Assembly (NCBI RefSeq): GCF_003367075.2
Contig: NZ_CP065936.1
Coordinates: 300,001 to 332,000, forward strand
DNA: 32,000 nt
DNA from: Cylindrospermopsis raciborskii Cr2010
GTDB lineage: Bacteria; Cyanobacteriota; Cyanobacteriia; Cyanobacteriales; Nostocaceae
Direction: 5' to 3'
Shown: positions 20,104 through 30,224 of the stretch, piece by piece
How the letters are laid out: every line of letters starts with the position of its first letter
How positions within the stretch are numbered: position 1 is the stretch's first letter
Notes under the pieces: generated by a model
Seen by the model: the letters and a program-made list of their open reading frames with translations, nothing else
What the model was told of the DNA's origin: nothing
The model's database searches: none
Translations under genes and position numbers: made by a program

Positions 20104-21169
20104 AGTGTCTCAATAGATGATCACATAAAACCAAAGCTACCATTCCATCCACCATAGGTACTGCACGGGGTAAAACACAAGGATCATGTCTTCCCTTTCC
20201 CGCTAAGACGGTTTCTTCCCCTTCCTTGGTGACTGTTTTTTGTTCCTTTCTAATAGTCGCAGTTGGTTTAAAAGCAACTCTTAAAATAATATTTTCACCA
20301 TTAGAAATTCCCCCTTGAATTCCACCCGAACGGTTAGTAACAGTTCTAATATCACCATGGGGACCTATATAGAATTCATCATTATGTTCAAAACCCGTTA
20401 ATAAAGTTCCTGCAAAGCCAGAACCAATCTCAAAACCTTTACTAGCAGGTAGAGACATAACAGCTTTGGCTAAATCAGCTTCCAACTTGTCAAAAACCGG
20501 TTCTCCTAAACCTTTAGGAACGTTGCGCACCACGCACTCTACCACCCCACCAATGGAATTACCATCCCTACCGGTTTTCTCAATTAGTTCTATCATCTGG
20601 GGTGCAATTTCTGCGTCAGGACAGCGGACAATATTACTCTCCACATCTGCTAGAGTCACAGTATTAGTGTCAACAGTTCCCTCCAAATCCTTAATACGTT
20701 TAACGTAAGCAATAATTTCCACACCTGCTACCTGAAGTAAAATCTTCTTGGCGATCGCCCCTGCTGCTACCCTACCGATGGTTTCACGTGCAGAAGATCT
20801 ACCACCACCCTGCCAATTTCTGAATCCATATTTAGCGTCGTAGGTAGCATCCGCGTGGGAGGGACGGTATTTTTCAGACATTTCGTCATAATCCTGGGAG
20901 CGGGTATCTTTATTCCTCACCAGAATGGCAATTGGTGTTCCCAGGGTCTTACCCTCAAACACCCCGGATAAAATCTCACAGCTGTCTGCTTCTTTGCGGG
21001 GTGTGGTGATTTTACTTTGTCCTGGTCTTCTTCTATCCAGTTCAAATTGAATTTCTGCGGGAGAAATCTCCAGTCTAGGAGGACAACCATCAATTATAAC
21101 TCCCACACCTCCACCGTGAGATTCACCAAATGTCGTAATTCGGAAAAGATGACCAAATGTGCTACCCAT
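20081..21169 (-). CDS. aroC: Chorismate synthase
   Basis: [60 protein letters not shown] and [23 protein letters not shown]. Confidence 0.99.
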   Translation of the reverse strand: MGSTFGHLFRITTFGESHGGGVGVIIDGCPPRLEISPAEIQFELDRRRPGQSKITTPRKEADSCEILSGVFEGKTLGTPIAILVRNKDTRSQDYDEMSEKYRPSHADATYDAKYGFRNWQGGGRSSARETIGRVAAGAIAKKILLQVAGVEIIAYVKRIKDLEGTVDTNTVTLADVESNIVRCPDAEIAPQMIELIEKTGRDGNSIGGVVECVVRNVPKGLGEPVFDKLEADLAKAVMSLPASKGFEIGSGFAGTLLTGFEHNDEFYIGPHGDIRTVTNRSGGIQGGISNGENIILRVAFKPTATIRKEQKTVTKEGEETVLAGKGRHDPCVLPRAVPMVDGMVALVLCDHLLRHYAQCKLL

Positions 21170-21312
21170 GTTATTGAGAAAATACTTGCTCAGTCAATTG
21201 TACCACACCGCTCCTGTAGGAATGAATTCCCTTACCCGACACCCAAAGTCGGTTGAAAAACGATTGGTTTTACCGTAGCCCATTTTAAGTTAAGTTTAAT
21301 AACTCAACATCT

Positions 21313-23055
21313 TTATGAGGCTTTTGTCTTATTTATGGCTGTCACTCCATCAGGATTGATGAGTTTACCGTGGTCAACGGTGGCATAAATTACCCAATGA
21401 TCTCCACAATCTAAATGCTGATTAACGGAACATTCTAAATAAGCAGCTGCATCAGCTAGAATAGGAGAGTTATTTTCCCCTACTATAGTTTTAATCCCAC
21501 TCAGATGGTGTTCTATGGGAGTAAAATTCCTGCGGAAGGATTTTATATAGTCTGTGTGAATACCTTCACTGAAAATATTCAGTACAAATTTACTGCCAAT
21601 GTACATTAGACATTCTATGGCTCTTTCCTTAGCGATCGCCACTGTAATTCCCGGTGGTTTAAATGTAGCTTGAGAAACCCAGGTGACCAAGATTGCCATG
21701 GAAATTTCTGCTTGTTTAGTAGTCAATACACATACGGATCCAACTATTTTACCTACTGCTTGTTCTGTTGGTGTGGCAATTTCCCGGGGTGGGTGAGTTT
21801 TTTTGGTCTTTTTTAGGTTTTGACCAAAGTCTCTACCCATTTCCTCACAGATTTTTAATGTTAGTTCGTCAGGTTTGAATTTGACTTTTAGAGTATCAAA
21901 TCCAAAGGGAAATCCTGCATGTTTCAGTTTTGTTTCCACTATATCTAAAGCTTCTCCACTCCATCCGTAGGAACCGAATACACCCACCAATTTGCTGTTA
22001 TCGCTAGTAGCTAACACAATAGCTAATGCGGTTTGAATGGGTGTAGGTGCATGACCACCGATAGTAGGGGTACCAATAATTAAAGCGTCTGCTTTTTCCA
22101 CGGTGGTATGAATTTCTTCGGGGGAGGTAAATTCACAATTAATAGATTTGACTGCTATACCAGTTTTAGTTATCCCCAGAGCTATTGCTTGTGCTAGGGT
22201 AGCTGTATTTCCATAAGCGGAAGCATAAAGTAAAGCTACGGATATTTCCCGCTCTTTTTGAGCGTGACTCCATTGAAAATAGGATTGAGTTAACTTAATT
22301 AACCCACTACGAATTAATGGACCATGACCTACTCCATAAATTTGAACTTGCAAGTGGGCAATTTTTTCTAGTGCTGCTTCTACATGGGTTATGTGGGGCG
22401 CCATTAAACAATTAAAATAGTATTTTTGATCTTCTTCCAATTCCTGGTAATTACTATCTAAATTGTCATCAAAAACCTGATCATTACAAAGATGAGCTGC
22501 AAATAATTTACCGGTATAAAGAATTTGGGTTTGTGGGTCATAAGTACAAAGTGCTTCTGGCCATCTAGGACTAGGATTGGGGAGGAATTTTAAAATATGA
22601 CCTTGACCTAAATCTAAAGTTTCTTTCCCCCGCATAATCAAAATCTTCAGATCTTCGTCTGGGAAAGTGGAATGTAAATTATTAGCACTAGGAAGAGAAC
22701 AAACAAAAGTAATTTGTGGTGCTAGTTCCAATAATGCTGTTAAGGTTGGTACGCGATTGGGACTAAAGTGACCCAAAATTACATAGTCTAAGTTTTGCCA
22801 ATGGATTTGGTTTTGTAAAGCTGCTAGATAAATGTTGATGAAACTTGCACCGGGTGGATCAATGATGGCAATTTTATCTGCTGTGATTAAATAGGAGTTG
22901 GCAGTTGTACCACGACAAAGTCCATATTCAATTTCAAATCTTAATCGTGACCAACTTCTAGCTCTTAAAATCTGTGTGTTAGTCCCAATACTCCCAATTT
23001 GTACATCCCGTGGTTTAGATTCTATCATAGGTATTTTAGGTGCAATAAAACTCAA
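21313..23055 (-). CDS. flv1: Diflavin flavodiiron protein, Flv1-like (non-canonical metal site)
   Basis: 580 aa with degenerate metallo-beta-lactamase domain (DYVILGHFSPNR), flavodoxin domain (ALLYASAYGNTATLAQAIA) and C-terminal flavin reductase domain. Confidence 0.87.
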   Translation of the reverse strand: MSFIAPKIPMIESKPRDVQIGSIGTNTQILRARSWSRLRFEIEYGLCRGTTANSYLITADKIAIIDPPGASFINIYLAALQNQIHWQNLDYVILGHFSPNRVPTLTALLELAPQITFVCSLPSANNLHSTFPDEDLKILIMRGKETLDLGQGHILKFLPNPSPRWPEALCTYDPQTQILYTGKLFAAHLCNDQVFDDNLDSNYQELEEDQKYYFNCLMAPHITHVEAALEKIAHLQVQIYGVGHGPLIRSGLIKLTQSYFQWSHAQKEREISVALLYASAYGNTATLAQAIALGITKTGIAVKSINCEFTSPEEIHTTVEKADALIIGTPTIGGHAPTPIQTALAIVLATSDNSKLVGVFGSYGWSGEALDIVETKLKHAGFPFGFDTLKVKFKPDELTLKICEEMGRDFGQNLKKTKKTHPPREIATPTEQAVGKIVGSVCVLTTKQAEISMAILVTWVSQATFKPPGITVAIAKERAIECLMYIGSKFVLNIFSEGIHTDYIKSFRRNFTPIEHHLSGIKTIVGENNSPILADAAAYLECSVNQHLDCGDHWVIYATVDHGKLINPDGVTAINKTKAS

Positions 23056-23070
23056 GAAACCCCATATATC

Positions 23071-24783
23071 TTAATAATAGTTTCCTACTTTACGGTGACG
23101 CACTGCTGTTAAACCATTAGTCTGGGAAACTTTGCCATCTTCAACAGTGCAATATAAGATCCTATGGTCACTACATTCCATCCTGCTGATGACTTCACAT
23201 TCCATATATGCTAGGGCGTCATTTAAAATTGGTGAACCATTTTTACCAGGTTGAAATTTCACTCCTGCAAATCTATCCATACCTGGTAGTAATCGTTTGA
23301 GAAAGTGTTTTTTCAACTCTTGATAGTTTCCTTCTGCTAAGACGTTAAGAATAAAGCGATCGCCTGGTTGTAATAGATTATTAATAGGTCGATCATGGGC
23401 AACTGCTATGGTAAATCCCAAGGGTTGAAAACTAGCTTGTGCTACCCAAGAAGCCATCATGCCATCGCTAATTTCACCTTTTTTAGCAGTTATAATATAT
23501 AGTCCACTACTAATTCTCCCTAGGGCTTTTTCCATGTTCACATCCAGAGATTTCGTCTGGTTATTATTGGTTTTCTCTAGGATCAATTTCCCTAAATTTG
23601 TACCTGCTCTAGTACACATTTTATAGGTGGATTCGCTAGGAATTTCTCTCATGCGAATGGCAGTAAATCCCTCTTTAATTCCTAAATCAATAAACTTTCT
23701 TCCTAAGATATCTATCGGTTGGTCATCACTGCCAAAAGACTCAAATAAACCTAGGAACTGATGACTTTTGACTCCAGCTAAAATGCAACTAATACCTGCT
23801 TGAGCAACCGTTGAAGAACTCGGTGGCATTCCTACAATTAAACCCGATGCTCTAGTGGCTAGTTCTTGAATTTCTGCAAGGTTGTCTCTATGCAAATCAA
23901 TGATTTCTACCCCCACACCTGTTTTTTGTAAACCATCACCAATTGCATGAGCTAACTGATCACTATATCCATAACCAGAAACATAAAATAAACCTACAGT
24001 GTTCTCTGTCTTGGTTTGTTTTTGACTCCAATTTTGATAATGTTCGGTTAGGGTTTCCAGATGATGATAGAGTAAGGGTCCATGTCCACTAGCAATAATT
24101 TTAATTTTACCTAGTTCACCCATTCTCTTCATAGCATTTAATAAAGAACGGGAATTTGGACCCATTAGGCAATCATAATAAAATCTAAAATCCGCCTCAA
24201 TCGCTTCTAAATCTTCGTCGAAAGTGCGATGATCACAAAAGTGCATCCCAAAAGCATCACAGGTGTAAAGAATCTGGGTTTTGCGATCAAAGCTAAAAAT
24301 TGTGTCTGGCCAATGTAAGTTGGGAGCGCTGACAAATTCTATTTCATGTCCCTTGCCAATATTCACGCGATCGCCACTTTTAACTATTCTTTTAGAAAAG
24401 GGACTATGTACCAAACCTTCTAAAAATTGAATGGCAACTCTGGATGCTAATACTGTAGCTCTAGGTGCTAATCTCAGCACGTCTTCTATTAATCCACTAT
24501 GGTCGGGTTCAGTATGACTAACAATGATATAATCAATGGTCTGAGGGTCAACTAGGTTATTTAGGGTCTCTAAATACAATTGACGAAATTTCTGATGGGA
24601 TGTATCAATCAGAATGGTCTCTTCACCCTGTATTAAATAGGAATTATAGGTCGTGCCATTTTGTAAACTAAACTCAATATCAAAGCGATCACGATCCCAA
24701 TCTAGAGAACGAATCGCAATGGTATTGGGAGCAATTTCTACAGTTTGGATGGTCAAACGTGGTGTCTCTGATATCGCTACCAT
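23071..24783 (-). CDS. flv3: Diflavin flavodiiron protein, Flv3-like (canonical metal ligands)
   Basis: 570 aa with HTEPDH, APNLHWPDT and YTCDAFGMHFCD ligand motifs, flavodoxin domain (GLFYVSGYGYSDQLAHAI) and flavin reductase domain. The gene lies 15 bp upstream of flv1. Confidence 0.87.
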   Translation of the reverse strand: MVAISETPRLTIQTVEIAPNTIAIRSLDWDRDRFDIEFSLQNGTTYNSYLIQGEETILIDTSHQKFRQLYLETLNNLVDPQTIDYIIVSHTEPDHSGLIEDVLRLAPRATVLASRVAIQFLEGLVHSPFSKRIVKSGDRVNIGKGHEIEFVSAPNLHWPDTIFSFDRKTQILYTCDAFGMHFCDHRTFDEDLEAIEADFRFYYDCLMGPNSRSLLNAMKRMGELGKIKIIASGHGPLLYHHLETLTEHYQNWSQKQTKTENTVGLFYVSGYGYSDQLAHAIGDGLQKTGVGVEIIDLHRDNLAEIQELATRASGLIVGMPPSSSTVAQAGISCILAGVKSHQFLGLFESFGSDDQPIDILGRKFIDLGIKEGFTAIRMREIPSESTYKMCTRAGTNLGKLILEKTNNNQTKSLDVNMEKALGRISSGLYIITAKKGEISDGMMASWVAQASFQPLGFTIAVAHDRPINNLLQPGDRFILNVLAEGNYQELKKHFLKRLLPGMDRFAGVKFQPGKNGSPILNDALAYMECEVISRMECSDHRILYCTVEDGKVSQTNGLTAVRHRKVGNYY

Positions 24784-24980
24784 GATTCGTCTTCTATGAT
24801 TAATAATATTTTTTCTCTTCTACTATTTTCTGGTTAAATTCTTTTTTCGGTTGTAATCAACAATGTATTTTTTAAAAACTAAAATGTATCTTTAGTTATC
24901 ACCCCATGGAACTTGGGAAAATGCTAAGATTCTATCCTTGGCATTCTAATCTAGCTATCAAGGATAAAAAAGCATAAATT

Positions 24981-25088
24981 ATGGATAACACTAATACTTT
25001 AGATTTAATTACTGGAGGACTAGCAGTCCTCATTTTGCTGGGTGGGATGGTGATGATGTTTACCACTGTCTTTACCACCAAGAGATGA
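24981..25088 (+). CDS. Putative 35-aa single-transmembrane protein (not in the ORF track)
   Basis: ATG at 24981, TGA at 25086-25088: MDNTNTLDLITGGLAVLILLGGMVMMFTTVFTTKR*. It has one continuous hydrophobic helix and a positively charged C-terminus. An AAGGAT lies upstream, with long spacing for an RBS. Confidence 0.5.
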   Translation: MDNTNTLDLITGGLAVLILLGGMVMMFTTVFTTKR

Positions 25089-25103
25089 TTCCACCCAGAT
25101 CCC

Positions 25104-25943
25104 TTACATTTTACCGGTAAATACCCGCTCCGCTGGACCGGTCATATAAATCCTTTGATCGGTTTCTGACCATTCAATTTCTAAGTTCCCCCCCGGTAGT
25201 TCTATAATCGCCATGCGATCGCATAAATTATTCAAAACTCCAGCAACTAGGGAAGCACAAGCACCTGTACCACACGCTAGGGTAATACCTGCTCCTCTTT
25301 CCCACACTCGCATTTTTAAGTGATGAGGATTAACAACCTGAATGAACTCTGTGTTGGTACGTTGAGGAAAAACTGGATGATGTTCAAATTCAGGACCAAT
25401 AATTTCTAAGGGAATACTCGCTACATCCTCCACAAAGGTAATACAATGAGGATTCCCCATGCTTACACAGGTAATATGCCAAGTTTGGTTCCCAATTTCT
25501 AGGGGGAGGTTAATTACCTTGCTGTTACCAGGTGCTAGGGTTGTGGGAATCTCCTGAGCAAGTAAACGAGGTGAACCCATATCTACCCTCACTTGACCAT
25601 CATCCGTCAGTTGGGGTCTAATTACACCAGCTAGGGTGTGAATTAAATAGTAGTCCTTACTGCGGGAAATTCCTTCCAATTCGGTTAAAAAAGCAGCTAA
25701 ACAGCGAATACCGTTACCACACATTTCTGGTTCCGAACCATCGGAATTGAAAATTCTCATGGTGTAGTCTGTTCCCTTTTGACCGGGAAGGGCAAAAATA
25801 ACACCGTCAGCACCAATGCCAAAATGGCGATCGCACATCCTTATGGCCATTTCGGGGGTAATTAGGGGAGTTAGGTCACAACGGTTGTCAATCAGAATAA
25901 AATCATTGCCCAAACCGTGATACTTTGTAAATTCTATGGTCAT
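25104..25943 (-). CDS. dapF: Diaminopimelate epimerase
   Basis: 279 aa with [34 protein letters not shown] and [21 protein letters not shown]. Confidence 0.98.
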   Translation of the reverse strand: MTIEFTKYHGLGNDFILIDNRCDLTPLITPEMAIRMCDRHFGIGADGVIFALPGQKGTDYTMRIFNSDGSEPEMCGNGIRCLAAFLTELEGISRSKDYYLIHTLAGVIRPQLTDDGQVRVDMGSPRLLAQEIPTTLAPGNSKVINLPLEIGNQTWHITCVSMGNPHCITFVEDVASIPLEIIGPEFEHHPVFPQRTNTEFIQVVNPHHLKMRVWERGAGITLACGTGACASLVAGVLNNLCDRMAIIELPGGNLEIEWSETDQRIYMTGPAERVFTGKM

Positions 25944-26002
25944 TTTCGATGATCAAATCTAAATTGCTAGTCAACCTAAACCTTATTTCTTCTGTCCCAA
26001 AA

Positions 26003-26239
26003 ATGCCACCCATAGAATTTGACACCACTTTACCCAGTATTCGACAAATACAAAACTGGATCAAGCAGAAAACTACTGTGCAGTTTAAATTGACTACTGG
26101 TGATACTATCACTGCTAGGATTTTTTGGCAAGATGTTAACTGTATATGTGTGGTGGATTCTCAAGATGACCATATTACAATTAATAGACTGGCTATTGTC
26201 TATTTAAAGGTGTCCCATGATAGCAATCCACCAACATAA
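26003..26239 (+). CDS. hfq: Cyanobacterial Hfq-like RNA chaperone
   Basis: The internal ATG gives MPPIEFDTTLPSIRQIQNWIKQKTTVQFKLTTGDTITARIFWQDVNCICVVDSQDDHITINRLAIVYLKV, a cyanobacterial Sm/Hfq fold. It is divergent from dapF. Confidence 0.85.
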   Translation: MPPIEFDTTLPSIRQIQNWIKQKTTVQFKLTTGDTITARIFWQDVNCICVVDSQDDHITINRLAIVYLKVSHDSNPPT

Positions 26240-26263
26240 TAGATATTCACTTAATATTCAAAT

Positions 26264-28546
26264 TTATTCATGAACATCAGATAGGGCTTGTATAACAAAC
26301 GGTTTGTCAAGTAACTTTTCCATCTGCTCTGGGTAGTGTTGAGGCAAGTTACCACATAGTAAAACCTGATCTCCAACTTTCAGATCCACATTGGTGGGAT
26401 TACCACTTAACTTACCATCCCGACGGATTGCTTGCACTTTTATTCCATAATCTTTATAAATCAAATCCGCCAAATTATTACCCAAAATGGGAGAATTAAC
26501 CTGAACTGTTACCCACTGACAAGCACTTGCTCCCCCTGGAACTGCAATACTACCCTGGGCAAAATCTACTAAAGCTGTTAGTTCCTCATCTGCACCCACC
26601 ACCAATAGGCGATCGCCTGATTCTAGTCGTGTACCATTATGGGGATAATCTATTTCTGTGCCATCAGCACGACGAATAGCCATTAAACTAACTCCAATGA
26701 GACGACGCATATCCAATTCCTCTAAGGTCATCCCAATTAAAGGAGAATTAACAGGTAGGTCATACCAACGACGGTTTAAATCCTGGGTGACTTTCTGTAG
26801 GTGCTGGGAAACTTGAGCAGCAGACCATTCTGGTCGTAAATCCAAATAATGATCTTGACGTATTTGCTGCATTTTTTGCTCTATTAGCTCTTTCCCTAGT
26901 CCCACATCCATTAGTAAGTGGGAGGCCATTTCCAAACTAGCTTCAAATTCTGGTTGCACTACTTCCTTCGCACCCAACTGATAAAGTACCTCAATATTCT
27001 TATCCTGAGTAGCACGCACCACTAAATCTAATTCCGGTGATAACTCCAAAGCCCTTTTTAAACATAGACGAATGCTTGTAGGGTCAGGAAGTGCGATCGC
27101 CATTGCTTTGGCATAGTTTACTCCAGCGGTTTCTAACACGTGAAAACTAACTGCATTACCATATACATAAGGTATTCCCGATTCCCGTAACTGCTGAATT
27201 CGACTTTCTGACTGTTCAATCACTACCACAGGTAACTGGTAGGGTTCTAGCAACCGCACCAAATTTTGACCGATGCGACCATAACCACAAATTACCACAT
27301 GATCTTTGGTGGGTAGGTCTTCTGTAAAATCCTCTGCTCTTTCATCCACTAGATAGGGTTTTAACCAAGGTATAAACTCTACTAAATTAAATAAAAATGG
27401 TATGACTCTCAGCACGAAGGGAGTCAACATTAAAGTAACAGCTGTTGTCCCCACAATCAACAAATACACATGACGGGAAACCAACCCTAACACCTGACCC
27501 TCACTAGCAAGTACAAAAGAAAACTCACCGATTTGAGCCAATCCTAATCCGGCAATCAAAGCTGTTTTAAGTGGGTAGCGAAATAATTTAACCAAGGGGG
27601 TAATAATTAAAAACTTCCCTAGGAACACCAGAGCAACTAAACCCAGAATCAAATCCAGATTTTGCCATAAAAACACCGGATCAATTAACATCCCGATAGA
27701 AGCAAAAAACAAACTGGCAAAAACATCTCGTAGCGGTTCAACAATCGTCAATGTTTCGTCCGCATATTCCACCTCAGAAATCATTAACCCCGCGACAAAA
27801 GCTCCCATTTCAATGGAAAGACCCAAATATTCGGTTAGGATGGCAATAGATAAACATAAGGTCACCACACCCAATAGGAACAACTCTCGACTTTCCGTGC
27901 GTGCTAAAAGACGCAATATACGTGGCATTATCCAAATACCAACAACTACAGCGCCCGCTGCAAATAAAGCAATGCGCGCGATGGCATTGAAGAGTGCTAA
28001 ACCTATAGATTCTCCTGGTTGATGGAGAGCGGGCAAAATTGCCAGCATTAAACCTAGAGCTAGGTCCTGAATCACCAAAATACCTAGCATCACCTGAGCA
28101 TGGGTTGTCTCTGTTTCATTGCGCTCCATCAAACATTTGAGAACAACTGCTGTAGATGAGAGAGAAAGAATAGAACCTAAAAATACGCCCTTAGCAGGTA
28201 AAGTTTCCCAAGCACCGGTAATACCACAAACAATCACAGTAGTAATAATAGTGAGAATAATTTGTAATCCCCCACCGCCCAACGCTATAGCCCTTACCTT
28301 TTTCAGCTGACTAAAGGAAAATTCTACCCCCAAGGCAAACAATAAAAAAGCTACACCAAATTGTGCAAGAGTTTCTACTTGCACTACCTCCCTGATTAAA
28401 CCCAATCCGGTGGGTCCAACAATCATTCCTCCCACCAGATATCCCAGGAGGACAGGTTGTTTCAGCAAAGCTGCTAACATTCCACCACAAGCAGCGACAG
28501 CAAACACTGAAACCAAATCCACAATCAACCGAAAATCTTCTTGCAC
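26264..28546 (-). CDS. Cation:proton antiporter (CPA2/KefB-like) with TrkA-N and TrkA-C domains
   Basis: 760 aa with an N-terminal multi-TM Na/H exchanger domain (GYLVGGMIVGPTGLGLI), NAD-binding HVVICGYGRIGQNLVRLL and a C-terminal TrkA-C-like region. Confidence 0.93.
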   Translation of the reverse strand: MQEDFRLIVDLVSVFAVAACGGMLAALLKQPVLLGYLVGGMIVGPTGLGLIREVVQVETLAQFGVAFLLFALGVEFSFSQLKKVRAIALGGGGLQIILTIITTVIVCGITGAWETLPAKGVFLGSILSLSSTAVVLKCLMERNETETTHAQVMLGILVIQDLALGLMLAILPALHQPGESIGLALFNAIARIALFAAGAVVVGIWIMPRILRLLARTESRELFLLGVVTLCLSIAILTEYLGLSIEMGAFVAGLMISEVEYADETLTIVEPLRDVFASLFFASIGMLIDPVFLWQNLDLILGLVALVFLGKFLIITPLVKLFRYPLKTALIAGLGLAQIGEFSFVLASEGQVLGLVSRHVYLLIVGTTAVTLMLTPFVLRVIPFLFNLVEFIPWLKPYLVDERAEDFTEDLPTKDHVVICGYGRIGQNLVRLLEPYQLPVVVIEQSESRIQQLRESGIPYVYGNAVSFHVLETAGVNYAKAMAIALPDPTSIRLCLKRALELSPELDLVVRATQDKNIEVLYQLGAKEVVQPEFEASLEMASHLLMDVGLGKELIEQKMQQIRQDHYLDLRPEWSAAQVSQHLQKVTQDLNRRWYDLPVNSPLIGMTLEELDMRRLIGVSLMAIRRADGTEIDYPHNGTRLESGDRLLVVGADEELTALVDFAQGSIAVPGGASACQWVTVQVNSPILGNNLADLIYKDYGIKVQAIRRDGKLSGNPTNVDLKVGDQVLLCGNLPQHYPEQMEKLLDKPFVIQALSDVHE

Positions 28547-28654
28547 GGAGGTTCCATCATAAATATAAAGATTATTAATCTTAGTTTACAAAACTTTTCA
28601 TTTTTTTTACCACATCCTGGAGAGAGTCCGTGACTGTTGTTAAACAATATCCAT

Positions 28655-28861
28655 TTAGCCTCCACCCACAATGGTAACAATTTCCAGGTGGTCACCATCC
28701 TGGATTTGGGTTTCTGACCAAAATTGATGGTGTAAAATTTCACCATTGTATTCCACAGCTACCAATCGAGGGTTAAAACCCAGTTTTCGCAGTAATTCTG
28801 GTAAACAAGTTGCTGGTGGAACGGTGCGACTTTCTCCATTTACTTGTAAGGTGACATACAT
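28655..28861 (-). CDS. thiS: Sulfur carrier protein ThiS
   Basis: 68 aa ubiquitin-like protein MYVTLQVNGESRTVPPATCLPELLRKLGFNPRLVAVEYNGEI...DGDHLEIVTIVGGG* with the characteristic C-terminal di-glycine region. Confidence 0.93.
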   Translation of the reverse strand: MYVTLQVNGESRTVPPATCLPELLRKLGFNPRLVAVEYNGEILHHQFWSETQIQDGDHLEIVTIVGGG

Positions 28862-28903
28862 GATTTTTCGTAAACCCCAACTTTTTGATAACTTAATCCT
28901 CTT

Positions 28904-30013
28904 TTATGTTAATAGGGAATGGTATGTCTTTTTAAGTGTTTCCTCAATTGAACCCATACTTTTCCACAATTCAATTAGTTGATGGGACTTGGTTTTGCGA
29001 CTCAGTAAAATTTGTTTTAATGTATCTAAAAACTTAACATCTGAATCATTAATCAAAGCCTCCTCAGCAGCTGTTAGAAGTTTATTAGCCATGTTAAAAA
29101 TATCCTCATGGTTAAATCCTTCTTTAGCAGAAATTTGATGCAGCTTGGCATCGGGTATAATAGCCCTGTCTAATAAAGTGGTATCTAGTATCAAACCCTT
29201 TAATAATGCCAATAGACCTGCATAAATAGCAAAATCATCACAACTATCACAGGCTTTAAACTCTATTCTGCCAATTTCAGCTGGAATCCGAGCTATCTTA
29301 GTTAGTGAAGGCGTACTTGTAATCAGCTGTTGTTGGTTCTCTACAAATACTAGGGTAGCAGATCTTTTTCCCGTTCTGATAAAGGTTCTCACCGAAAGTC
29401 CATCCCAGAGAGTACCATGATAAAATGGTGAACTATAGGTAAAAGGAACAATAAAAGGACTGTAGTAGGTCAATTTTTGACCGATATCAATTACCTTTTC
29501 CATTGGTAAATCTGCCAGGGAAATATTTAAATCTGGTCCATAAGAAACCATATAGATATAGGCAGTTTGTTCATCAGGATACACCTGTAATTGTTGGAGT
29601 TCAAAATCATTTAATGGTGGTTGTGGTTCAAATTTACAGGTATAGGGATTAAAGCTGGCTAAAATGGGAACAAACCCCCGATTATTAGCCACTTGGCTCA
29701 ACAAAGAAAAACTGGTAGTTAATTCATCAATGGCACCTTGAATAGTTGGATGTATGGTAGTTCTAATTTCAATTCCCTTGGGGGAACAATCCAGTAATGC
29801 TCCCCCCGCATCAAATCTTTCAAATCCCTCAATATACCATCTTTTCTTTTTAATTCCCGCATCCCCAACTCTTAACTCCAGATAATCATGGGGATAAATG
29901 GGCAAAGCATCAACTATTTGTTGAAAGTCTTGAAAATTTGTGCAGTTAAAATCGGCGAACTTTCCCTGGTGGTTGATAAAAGCTACTTCATGTTCAATTC
30001 CAAAAAAAAACAT
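28904..30013 (-). CDS. Glutamate-cysteine ligase-like (GCS2/carboxylate-amine ligase family) protein
   Basis: 369 aa with FGIEHEVAFIN at the N-terminus (the GxExE/H pattern of GCS2 enzymes), KGIEIRTTIHPTIQGAIDEL and AEIGRIEFKACDSC. Confidence 0.65.
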   Translation of the reverse strand: MFFFGIEHEVAFINHQGKFADFNCTNFQDFQQIVDALPIYPHDYLELRVGDAGIKKKRWYIEGFERFDAGGALLDCSPKGIEIRTTIHPTIQGAIDELTTSFSLLSQVANNRGFVPILASFNPYTCKFEPQPPLNDFELQQLQVYPDEQTAYIYMVSYGPDLNISLADLPMEKVIDIGQKLTYYSPFIVPFTYSSPFYHGTLWDGLSVRTFIRTGKRSATLVFVENQQQLITSTPSLTKIARIPAEIGRIEFKACDSCDDFAIYAGLLALLKGLILDTTLLDRAIIPDAKLHQISAKEGFNHEDIFNMANKLLTAAEEALINDSDVKFLDTLKQILLSRKTKSHQLIELWKSMGSIEETLKKTYHSLLT

Positions 30014-30224
30014 ATATACTTCTCAAAAAATTTACTGTTAACAATTCACATCATATATCTTAACAGTTCAATTAGCAAGTCTCACCTCCACACCCGATGG
30101 TTTTTAAAAACTTACCACCACAAGAAGTAAACCGCAAAATAATCTCCACGAATAATTCCCCATCTATCCAGAAACAGTCATAATAGGAATGACCTACTTA
30201 AAAAATTTTTGGGCGTGAGTTTTT

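Noticed and set aside
19777-21256. Plus-strand ORFs (19777..20034, 20466..20708, 21017..21256) opposite ldcA and aroC
   Set aside because: They are antisense to strongly supported genes, with low-complexity Ser/Thr-rich composition typical of opposite-strand shadow frames.
28525-28746. 73-aa ORF overlapping thiS and the antiporter start
   Set aside because: It overlaps the well-supported ThiS reading frame, has no family resemblance and looks like shadow coding.
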